Positions 30,524-39,587 are shown, numbered from the stretch's first letter. The stretch is 64,000 bases of DNA from Candidatus Cloacimonadales bacterium (GCA_963662655.2 CAXXTU010000002.1:2208001-2272000); one strand, 5' to 3'. Program-made: numbers and translations. The notes: generated by a model from the sequence alone, not told the origin.

Positions 30524-31096
30524 TTATTGTGGGAAATGTGTCTTGGATACCCTGCCGTCCGCACCAAAACTGACATACGCTTTCTGCGAAAAATCCCACT
30601 TGTATATCCACAGGCCTTTATCCGGTACCTCAAAGCGAGAGTCGGGAGGGAATCCCAAGGTTCTGATTACTGCTTCTTTACTCATCCCGGGTAAAACGGA
30701 GCCACGAAGGATGTTCTGTCTCTCGGTGTCGGTGAGATTGCCGGTCAGCTCCTCAAAGGTGTTCGAGGTAAACATTCTATGCAGCAGGTCTTCCGTCTGA
30801 AGATGCTTGTCGCTGTCCCGATCGATAATTACAGTAAACAGCTTACCTCGTACCTCGAAGGAAACCTGCGGATTGCTGGATACGGACAGGTCGTCGATGA
30901 CATCAAGTTTCGTGATCATGGTTCCAGCAGGCAGGAACCGGCCGGATATGAAATTGACCGATTCGATATGGGTCGGATCCGTGTACCATAGATTGTGAGC
31001 CAGATACCAGGTTTTGGTTCTGTCGAGTTCATGGCCCTGCGCAATCAGGACCATGGCACAAATCAGGATCATTTGAGCAATAACGAATTTCTTCAT
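30524..31096 (-). CDS. Hypothetical exported protein with an SmpA/BamE-like C-terminal motif
   Basis: Signal peptide; VLPGMSKEAVIRTLGFP...WIY...VSF..DGRV; AAGGA RBS. Confidence 0.6.
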   Translation of the reverse strand: MKKFVIAQMILICAMVLIAQGHELDRTKTWYLAHNLWYTDPTHIESVNFISGRFLPAGTMITKLDVIDDLSVSSNPQVSFEVRGKLFTVIIDRDSDKHLQTEDLLHRMFTSNTFEELTGNLTDTERQNILRGSVLPGMSKEAVIRTLGFPPDSRFEVPDKGLWIYKWDFSQKAYVSFGADGRVSKTHFPQ

Positions 31097-31178
31097 CTTG
31101 TCGTCCTTATCATTTCATGAATGCAATATTGACCTCCTCTTCAAGCAGGCAAGAAAAAAATAATACGAGTTACCGACC

Positions 31179-31359
31179 GCGCGGCGGGGCGGCGGAAGAA
31201 GCCCTACGAATCCAGCATCATGCTTGCACAGGTCGGATCAAATCGGAACAACCATGTGCTGGATATTCCGTAGGGCTTCTTGGTATATTTCCCCATGTAA
31301 ACAATACGCTTACATGGGAAATCTACCGTGTGCGAAGCACACCCGCCGCCCCGCCGCGC
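31179..31359 (+). repeat. Family A four-way-junction element, copy 3
   Basis: Perfect 17-bp outer IR GCGCGGCGGGGCGGCGG encloses a long first hairpin, an about 18-bp second hairpin and GTGTGC-GAA-GCACAC. Confidence 0.85.
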
Positions 31360-31501
31360 TGAGCTGGTGCGCATTCTCGAGTCGGACATTCAGTACAGCC
31401 GGGGTGAACATGAAGATATAGAGATTGGGGCGGTTAAATTTTTCTGGACAAGTCGCGGAAAGAATCTCCTGATTGAGATATCATCCATATTGAGGAAATC
31501 A

Positions 31502-31712
31502 ATGGAACGAAGTGAGCACTTGAAAACAATTTTGGAGAAAGCCAACCAGAAGAGGGACGACGGTGAATATAGCGCAGCGCTGGGAATTCTTGATGGAATT
31601 ATTCAAGAAGCTGACAAGTATCAGGAAGAAACCACGTTGATCAGTTTCTACACACTGAGCGCCACCTGTTGCATGCATCTTCGCGAGTTTGAACGAGCGT
31701 TTCGATTTGCCC
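31502..31712 (+). pseudogene. Truncated TPR-like gene (5' fragment)
   Basis: GAGG RBS and ATG 31502; helical KANQKRDDGEYSAALGIL...CMHLREFERAFRFA. The frame then runs into antisense transposase sequence. Confidence 0.5.
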
Positions 31713-32281
31713 ATTGTCAGGTCGATCACACGCCCGTCCTCATGGTTTGTGATAACCGTTGCATACTTATGCCTTCGCTTATAACCAATCTCGTCAATTG
31801 CAATCTGATCGACATTCGGAACTCGTCCTCTATAACCCTTTTCCAACTTGGATAACTCAATTTTGTCGATTCGATAAATCGTACTCCGATCCACACCGAA
31901 TATCCGTGCTACAGAAGCATTGTCTGAACGAAGCGTGAACTGGAGAACCTTATTGCCGAAGTCTTTAGAGTGTCGATTGAGACCCTCGGCAATATCCTGT
32001 TGTTCAGTTTTCACTCCACACTGAGCGCAGTTGATCCGGCGAAGCGTCAGCACAAGTACTACGGGACGACAGGATATGGATGCATGAAGAATTTTGCGGA
32101 CTCGATGATCATAAACTGTTCCCACAATACCGCATGCAGGACAACGTGGCTCATCTTCCTTTCGAACATGGACTTCAATGCATGGATAAGTTTGATACGT
32201 ACCTTCGATTATCTGGTCGGCAGAATAACCTTGCAAAGCCAACAACGTTTTACAGACTTGTTTTCTGAGAGGATCATTCAT
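31690..32281 (-). pseudogene. ISL3-family transposase, 3'-truncated
   Basis: CPACG...RRINCAQCG zinc finger, HTH (VARIFGVDRSTIYRI) and IAIDE...HKYATVI. Only about 195 aa of transposase-like sequence is present; the rest of the DDE domain is missing. Confidence 0.88.
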
Positions 32282-32378
32282 CTCTATCTCCTTGTTGTGG
32301 TGATTAGGAGATTGTACGAGATCGGGTGATTCCTCTCTATCTTTTTTCCGACTTACCCACTAAGTTTGCAACAGTGCC
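31690..32378 (-). mobile_element. ISL3-family insertion sequence remnant (one end only)
   Basis: The end reads GGCACTGTTGCAAACTTAGTGGGT on the minus strand from 32378, similar to IS1167-type IRs as I recall them. It is flanked by AT-rich TTAATTAA. No second IR was found. Confidence 0.75.
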
Positions 32379-32417
32379 TTAATTAACTATGCTATTGCTG
32401 AAATATAGAAGAGCAAA

Positions 32418-33974
32418 ATGCGCTACTGGCTGCTTATAATAATTACTCTATCATCTTTCCTGTCCGCCCAGGATTCGCTCACGGTTATCGGAGAGATAGC
32501 ATTACCGTCGGAATATGGCAATGCTATAAATTTTCCGAGTGGTTTCCTCAACTACAAGTCAGGCGGTGATTTAAATCAGAATGGATATAGTGATCTCATC
32601 TGTGCGTTCTACAATAGCGAGCTGGAAAACTACTGCCTTGGAGCCTATTGGGGTGGAACAACGCCATGGCTGTATCCGGATGAGATCGCCCCCAATCCCA
32701 ATTCGTTTTTTACAACCCTTTTACCAAGTTGGCAGGGTGATTTGAATGGTGATAGTGCGAACGACCTGGTGATAACGTATTGGAATTATGTCGATATCTG
32801 CTACGTCGGATTCATTATGGGTGATGGAGAATTCACCACAGTACCCGATTCAACCTTTTCTTTCTGGTATTGGGGCGGATTTCTTGCCTGGAATGGAGGA
32901 TATGACTTCAATGCAGATGGATATGACGATATCCTCTGCCTTGATTATACATCCGAATTCTGGAATGGTAATGTGGATATTCTATATGGCGGTGATCCCA
33001 TGGACACGATTACCGATATTCACTTCGAGGGGGACTACGATGATTTCTTCATGCTCGGAGATGTAGCATCCGTTGGCGATGTAAATGGCGATGGTAGTCC
33101 AGACCTATTGCTTTCACATGTGAATTATGAAGATTTTGAGGAACCCGCATCGTTAAGTGTGTACTGTGGTGGTGAAGATTTCGATACATCACCCGAGACA
33201 ACGATCCAAATGCCGGATAATTTCTTTGCCATGAATGCCCTCGGATTAATGGCTTCCAATGGCGATTTCAATGGAGACGGATACGATGACTTAATTGAAC
33301 CGGGGATGGATGCTCTTTACATTCACTGGGGATCTGAGTACCTGTCAAATTTCATCACACCTGATACTTTGAATATTGAGCTTGAGCAGCCGAATTCGTT
33401 ATATATTGAAGGGCATTATTGCAACATCAATAATGACGAATATGATGATATAGTAGTCAAAGCAATGTATGAAGGCAAGGTATATGTGTATTGTGGGGGA
33501 GAAAGTTTGCCGGAAAATTACTCATTTATGTTAAGTGGTACTGAAGTGACATATTATTCTCGTAGCATTGATCTTGGTGATTTCAACGGAGATGGATATA
33601 GCGATATCTTGTACGCTTTAGATGATACTGTTCCATACAGAGCTGCAATCGTTTCACTCGCTCCAGTCTCGATCGATGATGAGGAGATCGAGCAACCCGA
33701 GCTAATCACCTTGTCGAACTTCCCAAATCCGTTCAATCCATCCACAACGATTCGTTTCGATCTTCCCAAGGATAGCGACGTGACGCTCTCTATCTACAAC
33801 ATCAAGGGACAGAAAGTCAAATCCCTGGTGAATGAGAAGCTGGAAATGGGACGCTACAACATTCGTTGGGATGGCGACGACGCAACAGGGAAGCAGATGT
33901 CGTCAGGTGTATATCTGTATCGGCTGGAAGCCGGCGGTCATACGAAGGTCAAGAAGATGCTGCTACTGAAGTAG
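32418..33974 (+). CDS. Exported FG-GAP/VCBS-repeat protein with a T9SS-like/FlgD-Ig C-terminal domain
   Basis: About seven GD(L/F/V)NGDGxxD repeats; C-terminal NFPNPFNPSTTI...IYNIKGQKV...SSGVYLYRL...KKMLLLK. Confidence 0.9.
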   Translation: MRYWLLIIITLSSFLSAQDSLTVIGEIALPSEYGNAINFPSGFLNYKSGGDLNQNGYSDLICAFYNSELENYCLGAYWGGTTPWLYPDEIAPNPNSFFTTLLPSWQGDLNGDSANDLVITYWNYVDICYVGFIMGDGEFTTVPDSTFSFWYWGGFLAWNGGYDFNADGYDDILCLDYTSEFWNGNVDILYGGDPMDTITDIHFEGDYDDFFMLGDVASVGDVNGDGSPDLLLSHVNYEDFEEPASLSVYCGGEDFDTSPETTIQMPDNFFAMNALGLMASNGDFNGDGYDDLIEPGMDALYIHWGSEYLSNFITPDTLNIELEQPNSLYIEGHYCNINNDEYDDIVVKAMYEGKVYVYCGGESLPENYSFMLSGTEVTYYSRSIDLGDFNGDGYSDILYALDDTVPYRAAIVSLAPVSIDDEEIEQPELITLSNFPNPFNPSTTIRFDLPKDSDVTLSIYNIKGQKVKSLVNEKLEMGRYNIRWDGDDATGKQMSSGVYLYRLEAGGHTKVKKMLLLK

Positions 33975-33993
33975 TAGACATTGAAGAAAATGC

Positions 33994-34019
33994 AAACGGG
34001 GATCGTGCGATCCCCGTTT
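33994..34019. terminator. Bidirectional intrinsic terminator
   Basis: AAACGGGGATCG-tg-CGATCCCCGTTT between convergent genes. Confidence 0.75.
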
Positions 34020-34036
34020 CTTATATGGAAATTCGT

Positions 34037-36007
34037 TTATTCGATCACGCAGAGAATGGCGTCTTTCGATACCGTGTCTCCGGCTCCGAACGGGATTTCC
34101 TTGATAACGCCGTCAGCGGTTGCTTCGATGTTGTTGTACATCTTCATCGCCTCAAGAATCAGGATCGTATCCCCGACCGTCACCTTGTCGCCAACCTGCT
34201 TCTTGTACTCGATAACCATGCCGGGCATGGGGGCCGTCACAACATGCTGGCCTTCTGCAACTGCTACCTGAGGCTTGGGAGCTGCCGCTTTTGCAGCAGG
34301 CTTCGCAGCGGGAGCAGGAGTTTCCCGGCGCGCAACCGGCTTCACAGCCGGAGCCACCGCAGGCATTCCATCCGAACCGATCTCGACCTTGAAGTACTCG
34401 TCATCCACGAAGACGTCGAACGTACGGACGTTCTCCGGTTTCGGTGGCGCTTCTTTTGACGGTTTTTCGATCAGCTCGCCGCGCAGGGCCTTTTCCACCA
34501 TCTTGCGTTCGGCCTCAACTTCTTCGATGGTCTTTGGCGCAACGTCTTTTGGCGGTTCTTCCTTACCGTATTTCCATTTGAGGAAACGCTTGCCGGTCAC
34601 CGGATAGAGCGCGACGATCAACTCGTCGTCGATATCCTTCGCAAGGCCTTTGCAGTCTTCCTTCACGGCGGGAAGCTCCGGTTCGAGGACGTCTCCCGGG
34701 CGCACGCTGACAGGTTCCTGACCGCGTGGGTAATCCTTGAGCGCTCTCGCCTGAACATCCTTGTCGATCGGGCGTGGGGTCCTTCCGTACAGACCGTAGC
34801 AAAGGTCCTTCACCTGCTCGGTGATGCGGTTGTACTCGCCGTCTTCCTTGTCGAAGAGGACGTTGTTGACCGTCTGAATACCGACAATCTGGCTGGTAGG
34901 CGTTACCAGCGGAACCTGACCGAGGTCTTTACGCACCTTCGGAAGCGCTTCGAAAACGTCTTCGAGACGATCGAGCTGCTCCATCTGGCGAAGCTGATTA
35001 ACCAGATTGGAGAGCATTCCGCCCGGTGTCTGGTGCAGGATCACGTTGATGTCGATGATGGACAGTTTGGTGTTGTCCAGGTAGTGCATGTATTTCGGAG
35101 CGATCTTCTCGAGCTTTTTGTCGATGTCGCTGAGGAGATTGATATCGAATCCCGTATCACGATTGGTTCCCAGAAGGCTCACAACCAGCGGTTCAACCGC
35201 GCAATGGGAGGTGCGGTACGCAAAAGGCGCCATCGCGGTATCCACGATATCCACACCCGCTTCGATCGCCTTGAAGATGGCGAGGTCACCCATACCGGAG
35301 GTAAAGTGCGTGTGCAGGTGAATCGGAATCGAGACGGTCTCCTTGAGGCCCTTGATGAGATTGTATGCGTCGTACGGCGCAATCAGTCCGGCCATATCCT
35401 TGATACAGATCGAATCCGCGCCCATTCCTGCAAGTTCTTTCGCTTTATCGAGATAGTACTGAAGATTGTAAACATCTCCGCCCATGCGCTGCTCGGTGAG
35501 CGAGTAGCAGATGGTTCCCTGGAAGTGCTTCTTGTTCTTCTGGATGATCTTGACAGCGGTCTCGAAGTTGCGGAAGTCATTCAACGCGTCGAATACGCGG
35601 AAGATGTCGATGCCATTATCGGCAGCGCGCTGTACGAAAGCCTCCACCACATCGTCGGCGTAGTTGCGGTATCCCACCAGGTTCTGGCCGCGAAGCAGCA
35701 TGGAAAACGGGGTTTTCTTCATGTGCTTTTTAAGAAGACGGATTCTCTCCCACGGATCTTCGTTGAGGTAGCGGTGCATCGTATCGAATGTCGCGCCACC
35801 CCATATTTCGGTTGAGTAGAAACCAACTTCGTCCATCTCGGCGGCTACATCGAGCATATCCTCGGTTCTGCCGCGCGTGGCGAAGATCGATTGATGACCA
35901 TCGCGGAAGGTCACGTCCTGTATTTTCACAGGATTCTTTGCGATCGGACGATCCTTACCGTATATCATGTCGGTAAGTTCCAGCGCTCCGTGCTTATCGT
36001 ATTTCAT
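34037..36007 (-). CDS. Pyruvate/oxaloacetate carboxyltransferase fused to a biotin carrier (PycB/OadA/transcarboxylase 5S+1.3S-like)
   Basis: RDGHQS, WGGATFD, IKDMAG, HTH, PGGMLSNL and LVTPTSQI motifs; Ala/Pro-rich linker; EAMKM biotinylation site. Confidence 0.93.
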   Translation of the reverse strand: MKYDKHGALELTDMIYGKDRPIAKNPVKIQDVTFRDGHQSIFATRGRTEDMLDVAAEMDEVGFYSTEIWGGATFDTMHRYLNEDPWERIRLLKKHMKKTPFSMLLRGQNLVGYRNYADDVVEAFVQRAADNGIDIFRVFDALNDFRNFETAVKIIQKNKKHFQGTICYSLTEQRMGGDVYNLQYYLDKAKELAGMGADSICIKDMAGLIAPYDAYNLIKGLKETVSIPIHLHTHFTSGMGDLAIFKAIEAGVDIVDTAMAPFAYRTSHCAVEPLVVSLLGTNRDTGFDINLLSDIDKKLEKIAPKYMHYLDNTKLSIIDINVILHQTPGGMLSNLVNQLRQMEQLDRLEDVFEALPKVRKDLGQVPLVTPTSQIVGIQTVNNVLFDKEDGEYNRITEQVKDLCYGLYGRTPRPIDKDVQARALKDYPRGQEPVSVRPGDVLEPELPAVKEDCKGLAKDIDDELIVALYPVTGKRFLKWKYGKEEPPKDVAPKTIEEVEAERKMVEKALRGELIEKPSKEAPPKPENVRTFDVFVDDEYFKVEIGSDGMPAVAPAVKPVARRETPAPAAKPAAKAAAPKPQVAVAEGQHVVTAPMPGMVIEYKKQVGDKVTVGDTILILEAMKMYNNIEATADGVIKEIPFGAGDTVSKDAILCVIE

Positions 36008-36026
36008 TCCTGTTTCCTCCATATAT

Positions 36027-36212
36027 CTATCTTTTAATCACTCTTCGTTGAAGAAGCTCACGATTCTGCATGATGGTTCGTCTGCCGTGCTGCGCCCATG
36101 GAAGCGGTACATTAACCGGAAGCGGTTCAACGCGAGCCTGCATTGCCTGCTCTTCCTCCAGCAGCATCATCACGCCGGCAATCGCCGCTCTAATTTTTTT
36201 ATCTTTCTGCAC
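36027..36212 (-). CDS. Small accessory subunit (acyl-CoA carboxylase epsilon-like)
   Basis: AAIAGV...W..HGR motif, located between the two carboxyltransferase genes; GGGGAG RBS and GTG start. Confidence 0.6.
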   Translation of the reverse strand: MQKDKKIRAAIAGVMMLLEEEQAMQARVEPLPVNVPLPWAQHGRRTIMQNRELLQRRVIKR

Positions 36213-36221
36213 ATCTCCCCC

Positions 36222-37781
36222 TTACACCGGAATGTTACCGTGCTTCTTGGGAGGCAAGGCTTCACTCTTGGTGGTGAGGATTTCCAGCGCGTCGATGATC
36301 CGGATACGCGTTTCTGAAGGACGAATCACCGCGTCGATATAACCGCGCTCGGCTGCGTTGTACGGATTATTGAAAGCTTCTTCGTATTCGGCTATCAATT
36401 CCTGGCGGAGTTCCGCGGGGTTTTCGGCGTTCTTCATCCGGGCACGGTAGCCGGAAACGATATTCACCGCGCCCTGCGCGCCCATCACGGCGATTTCAGC
36501 CGAAGGCCACGCGAAGATCATGTCGCCACCCAGATGCTGGGAGCTCATGGCGATGTACGCGCCGCCGTAGTCCTTGCGGGTAACGATGGTGAGCTTGGGA
36601 ACCGTTGCTTCCGAATAGCTCCAGAGAAGTTTTGCGCCGTGGCGGATAATGCCGTTCCATTCCTGCTCGCAGCCGGGAAGATAGCCCGGAACGTCCACAA
36701 ACGTGATGATCGGCAGATTGAACGCGTCGCAGAAGCGAATGAAGCGCGAAATCTTGTCGGACGCGTTGATGTCGAGGCAGCCGGCGAGGATCATTGGCTG
36801 ATTGCCGATGATACCAACTGCACGGCCGTTCACTCGGGCAAAACCGATGATGGCGTTTTGCGCGTAGAAGTGATGCGGTTCGAAAAATTCGCCGTTATCC
36901 ACGATGGAGCGCACCACGTCTTTCATGTCGTAGGGTTGGCGAGCGCTATCGGGGATGATCGTATCCAGATCGGGGCAAAGCCTGCCGGGATCGTCTGTGG
37001 GCTCGAGGCGGGGCGCGTCTTCCATGTTGTTGTTGGGAAGGTAGCTGAGCAGCGTCTTGATCTGCTCGATCGCATCTTCGTCGCTCTCGCAGGCGAAATG
37101 CGCGTTACCGCTCTTGGTGTTGTGCGCCATCGCGCCGCCGAGGTCTTCGAACGTGGTATCCTCGCCGGTAACCGTCTTGATGACGCTGGGGCCGGTGATG
37201 AACATGTAGCTGGTGTTTTTCACCATGAAAACGAAGTCGGTCATTGCAGGCGAGTAGACTGCGCCACCCGCGCAAGGCCCCATGATGGCGGTGATTTGCG
37301 GGATCACGCCGGACGAACGCGCGTTGCGGAAGAAGATGTCGCCGTAGCCCTTGAGCGCGTCGATCCCCTCTTCCACGCGAGCTCCGCCCGAATCGTTGAA
37401 GCCGACGATCGGCACGCCTGATTTCATGGCCAGATCCTGGATCTTGGCGATCTTCGCAGCGTGCTTCTCTCCCAGAGAGCCGCCGCGGGACGTGAAGTCC
37501 TGCGAATAGGCGAAAACCGGGCGACCGTTCACCAGTCCGTGTCCGGTAATGACGCCGTCCGAAGGGATATCGTGTTGGGGCATATCAAAGTTGGTCGAGC
37601 GATGTTTAACGAACATGTCGATCTCGCGGAAAGTCCCCGGATCGAAAAACAGGTCGATGCGCTCCCGCGCCGTAAGCTTTCCGGCTTGGTGAAGCTTTTC
37701 GATACGAGCGGGTCCACCCATCTCTTTCGTCTTGCTGATCTTTTGTTCCAGCAGTTCGATTTTCTCTTTTACAGTACTCAT
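36222..37781 (-). CDS. Methylmalonyl-CoA/propionyl-CoA carboxyltransferase subunit (MmdA/PccB/transcarboxylase 12S)
   Basis: GKLTARERI, DSGGARV, GPCAGGAVYSPA, DVPGYLPG, EIAVMG and PPKKHGNIP motifs. Confidence 0.95.
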   Translation of the reverse strand: MSTVKEKIELLEQKISKTKEMGGPARIEKLHQAGKLTARERIDLFFDPGTFREIDMFVKHRSTNFDMPQHDIPSDGVITGHGLVNGRPVFAYSQDFTSRGGSLGEKHAAKIAKIQDLAMKSGVPIVGFNDSGGARVEEGIDALKGYGDIFFRNARSSGVIPQITAIMGPCAGGAVYSPAMTDFVFMVKNTSYMFITGPSVIKTVTGEDTTFEDLGGAMAHNTKSGNAHFACESDEDAIEQIKTLLSYLPNNNMEDAPRLEPTDDPGRLCPDLDTIIPDSARQPYDMKDVVRSIVDNGEFFEPHHFYAQNAIIGFARVNGRAVGIIGNQPMILAGCLDINASDKISRFIRFCDAFNLPIITFVDVPGYLPGCEQEWNGIIRHGAKLLWSYSEATVPKLTIVTRKDYGGAYIAMSSQHLGGDMIFAWPSAEIAVMGAQGAVNIVSGYRARMKNAENPAELRQELIAEYEEAFNNPYNAAERGYIDAVIRPSETRIRIIDALEILTTKSEALPPKKHGNIPV

Positions 37782-37879
37782 TCAAACCTCTTGTTTCAGG
37801 CTCGTTAAAAGCGAGCTATCGTTTTTGTAAAATACTCGTTAGAAAAAAGATTTATCCCGTATAAAGGGCAAGCTTTTTT

Positions 37880-38428
37880 TCACTGATTTCCATTAGCAGC
37901 GTCCAGAATCCGCGCCAGGATTTCATCGTCCTGCCGAGCGCTATTCAGAAAATCGGTGGGGTCCATCCCATGCTCCACCGCGTAAATAAGCGCTTGCAGT
38001 CCCATCTCCAGCTTATCGATTCGGCGCACGAGAATCGCCTCTTCGCTCAGCCCTTCCTCAAACTCCATCCACAAATCGAACAGGTCGTCTTTGCGATTCA
38101 GCAAGCCCAGCACGTTTTCCACCGACTCCCGTTCCCGCGAGTGCTTCTCGCCTGCCGGAACGTCGTCATAAGGCGTGATGTCCCCCGCCTCAATCTCACC
38201 CAGTTCGTGAATGAGCGCCATACGAAGCACTTTCATCTCGTCGAGCTGTGGAAAGTACTCCCGTGCGATCACCCACGCCGTCATTGCCGTTGAAAAGCTA
38301 TGGTCCGCCACCGACTCGCAGTCCCCGCGAGCGATCCCCTTGAGCAGCCACCCCGAGCGGGGGAGGATCTTTAGTTTGTTGATGGTGCGATGGAATGCCG
38401 CGATGGATTCGGGGTTATTATTTCTCAT
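37880..38428 (-). CDS. HD-domain phosphohydrolase (YfbR/HDDC2-like)
   Basis: LK.LPRSGW, ESVADHS, ALIHELGE..GDITP and DKLE motifs. The family HD doublet reads HE here. Confidence 0.85.
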   Translation of the reverse strand: MRNNNPESIAAFHRTINKLKILPRSGWLLKGIARGDCESVADHSFSTAMTAWVIAREYFPQLDEMKVLRMALIHELGEIEAGDITPYDDVPAGEKHSRERESVENVLGLLNRKDDLFDLWMEFEEGLSEEAILVRRIDKLEMGLQALIYAVEHGMDPTDFLNSARQDDEILARILDAANGNQ

Positions 38429-38469
38429 AATGATTCTCCATAATTGCAATCGAAAAGGCCATCCCAGAG

Positions 38470-39234
38470 TTATTCATGACGATCTCCAGAGGATAGTTTC
38501 TCAAGCATTTCCTCTAGATAAACCTCAATCTGCGCCATCCAGTCAAAAGCATCATGATAGAATCTTGAGTTCATTAATCCAGGCATTTCCCACTCCAACA
38601 AGTTTTGCCTATTCCGCTCCTCCCGCGTAACTGCAGGTTTTGCAAATCCATAACCCACCAGTAATCTAGCAGCATGAACATACGGAGCAAATGCAAAAGG
38701 TTTGTGAATACTATACGTTTCTCTGTCTTTCATTACCAAGTATAGAGCACTGAACATCCGATGCATTTGACGGTCAGTCAAACTCAAATATATCTGTGGC
38801 TTGCTAATAGGTATAAAAATTTTGTTAAACTCAGCAAGTTGATTGTTAGCAAGCTTTAGTTCCATTACATCAAGCATTTTGTTCAGGTAGTCGGGTCTTG
38901 ATCTCAATTCAGTATACCCATTGAAATCCAAGAGGATAATGCAAGCTAACGTATCTGAAACCCAGGTAGTCCGTTGCTCGAAAGGATGCTCGCAGCAAAA
39001 GAGCATCAGTTGTTCGATCGTTAATTCAGGCAGAAGCTCTGGCGGAAGCTGGTAAGGGATATCTTCGAATCGAACATGTCCTCTAGCATCTTTCTGTAAT
39101 ACAACCTCTTCGAATACAAATTTCTCCGATATTTCGCTGAACGTCACCCTGACTTGATCTCTAGAATAAATTGTGTTTCCGTAACAATGCATGGAGATTA
39201 TGAACAGCACTAGCGCTAGAATGAGATTTTTCAT
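38470..39234 (-). CDS. Hypothetical exported protein, AT-richer than its neighbours
   Basis: GAGGA RBS and signal peptide; no recognisable motif. Confidence 0.7.
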   Translation of the reverse strand: MKNLILALVLFIISMHCYGNTIYSRDQVRVTFSEISEKFVFEEVVLQKDARGHVRFEDIPYQLPPELLPELTIEQLMLFCCEHPFEQRTTWVSDTLACIILLDFNGYTELRSRPDYLNKMLDVMELKLANNQLAEFNKIFIPISKPQIYLSLTDRQMHRMFSALYLVMKDRETYSIHKPFAFAPYVHAARLLVGYGFAKPAVTREERNRQNLLEWEMPGLMNSRFYHDAFDWMAQIEVYLEEMLEKLSSGDRHE

Positions 39235-39293
39235 GTTGCTTATCCTCTAATCTTTCTGCATTTCAAACGGAAAATCCTCTCTGAGAAAAACTT

Positions 39294-39420
39294 CCGGCGG
39301 CAGATTGGTTCGATCTGTGTACAAGGCGTGGTGTTTCACAGCTTTTGTTCCTTTTGACATTAGTTTCAAAAGGTGTGGTATATCCACGTCTTTCACACAG
39401 ATCGGGCGAAGATGCCCCGG
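39294..39420 (+). repeat. Family B rod-like hairpin, copy 1
   Basis: GCAGATTGGTTCGATC...GGTGTTTC...GGTATATCC...GATCGGGCGAAGATGC with complementary arms. Confidence 0.85.
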
Positions 39421-39465
39421 AGCACCAACTGGCAGAAATGGACATCCTCTCTTCTCTCTCGCCTT

Positions 39466-39580
39466 AATCCTGATCATCCCATAAATCCCGAAAATCCTGC
39501 TTCAAGCAATCTCCAGGAACGCAGGCATCCTGCCTGCTCCCTCTTCCCAATCCTATTAATCCAATAAATCCTGATTCAAA
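39466..39580. repeat. Two blocks of 9-bp-period AATCC repeats around a REP-like mini-hairpin
   Basis: AATCCTGAT CATCCCATA AATCCCGAA AATCCTGCT TCAA; then GGAAC-GCAGGCA-TCC-TGCCTGC; then AATCCTATT AATCCAATA AATCCTGAT TCAA. Confidence 0.7.
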
Positions 39581-39587
39581 CATTTCC

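Noticed and set aside
10702..31359. Family A as tRNA-like genes
   Set aside because: The stems are far too long, and there is no TTC loop, 7-nt anticodon loop or CCA end.
31328..31855. 175-aa ORF as an intact gene
   Set aside because: It is a chimera of repeat sequence, a TPR-like fragment and antisense transposase.
32365..32378. GGCACTGTTGCAAA matches the IS26 (IS6 family) terminal repeat as I recall it
   Set aside because: The adjacent transposase is ISL3-type and the longer end fits ISL3-style IRs; no IS6 transposase is present.
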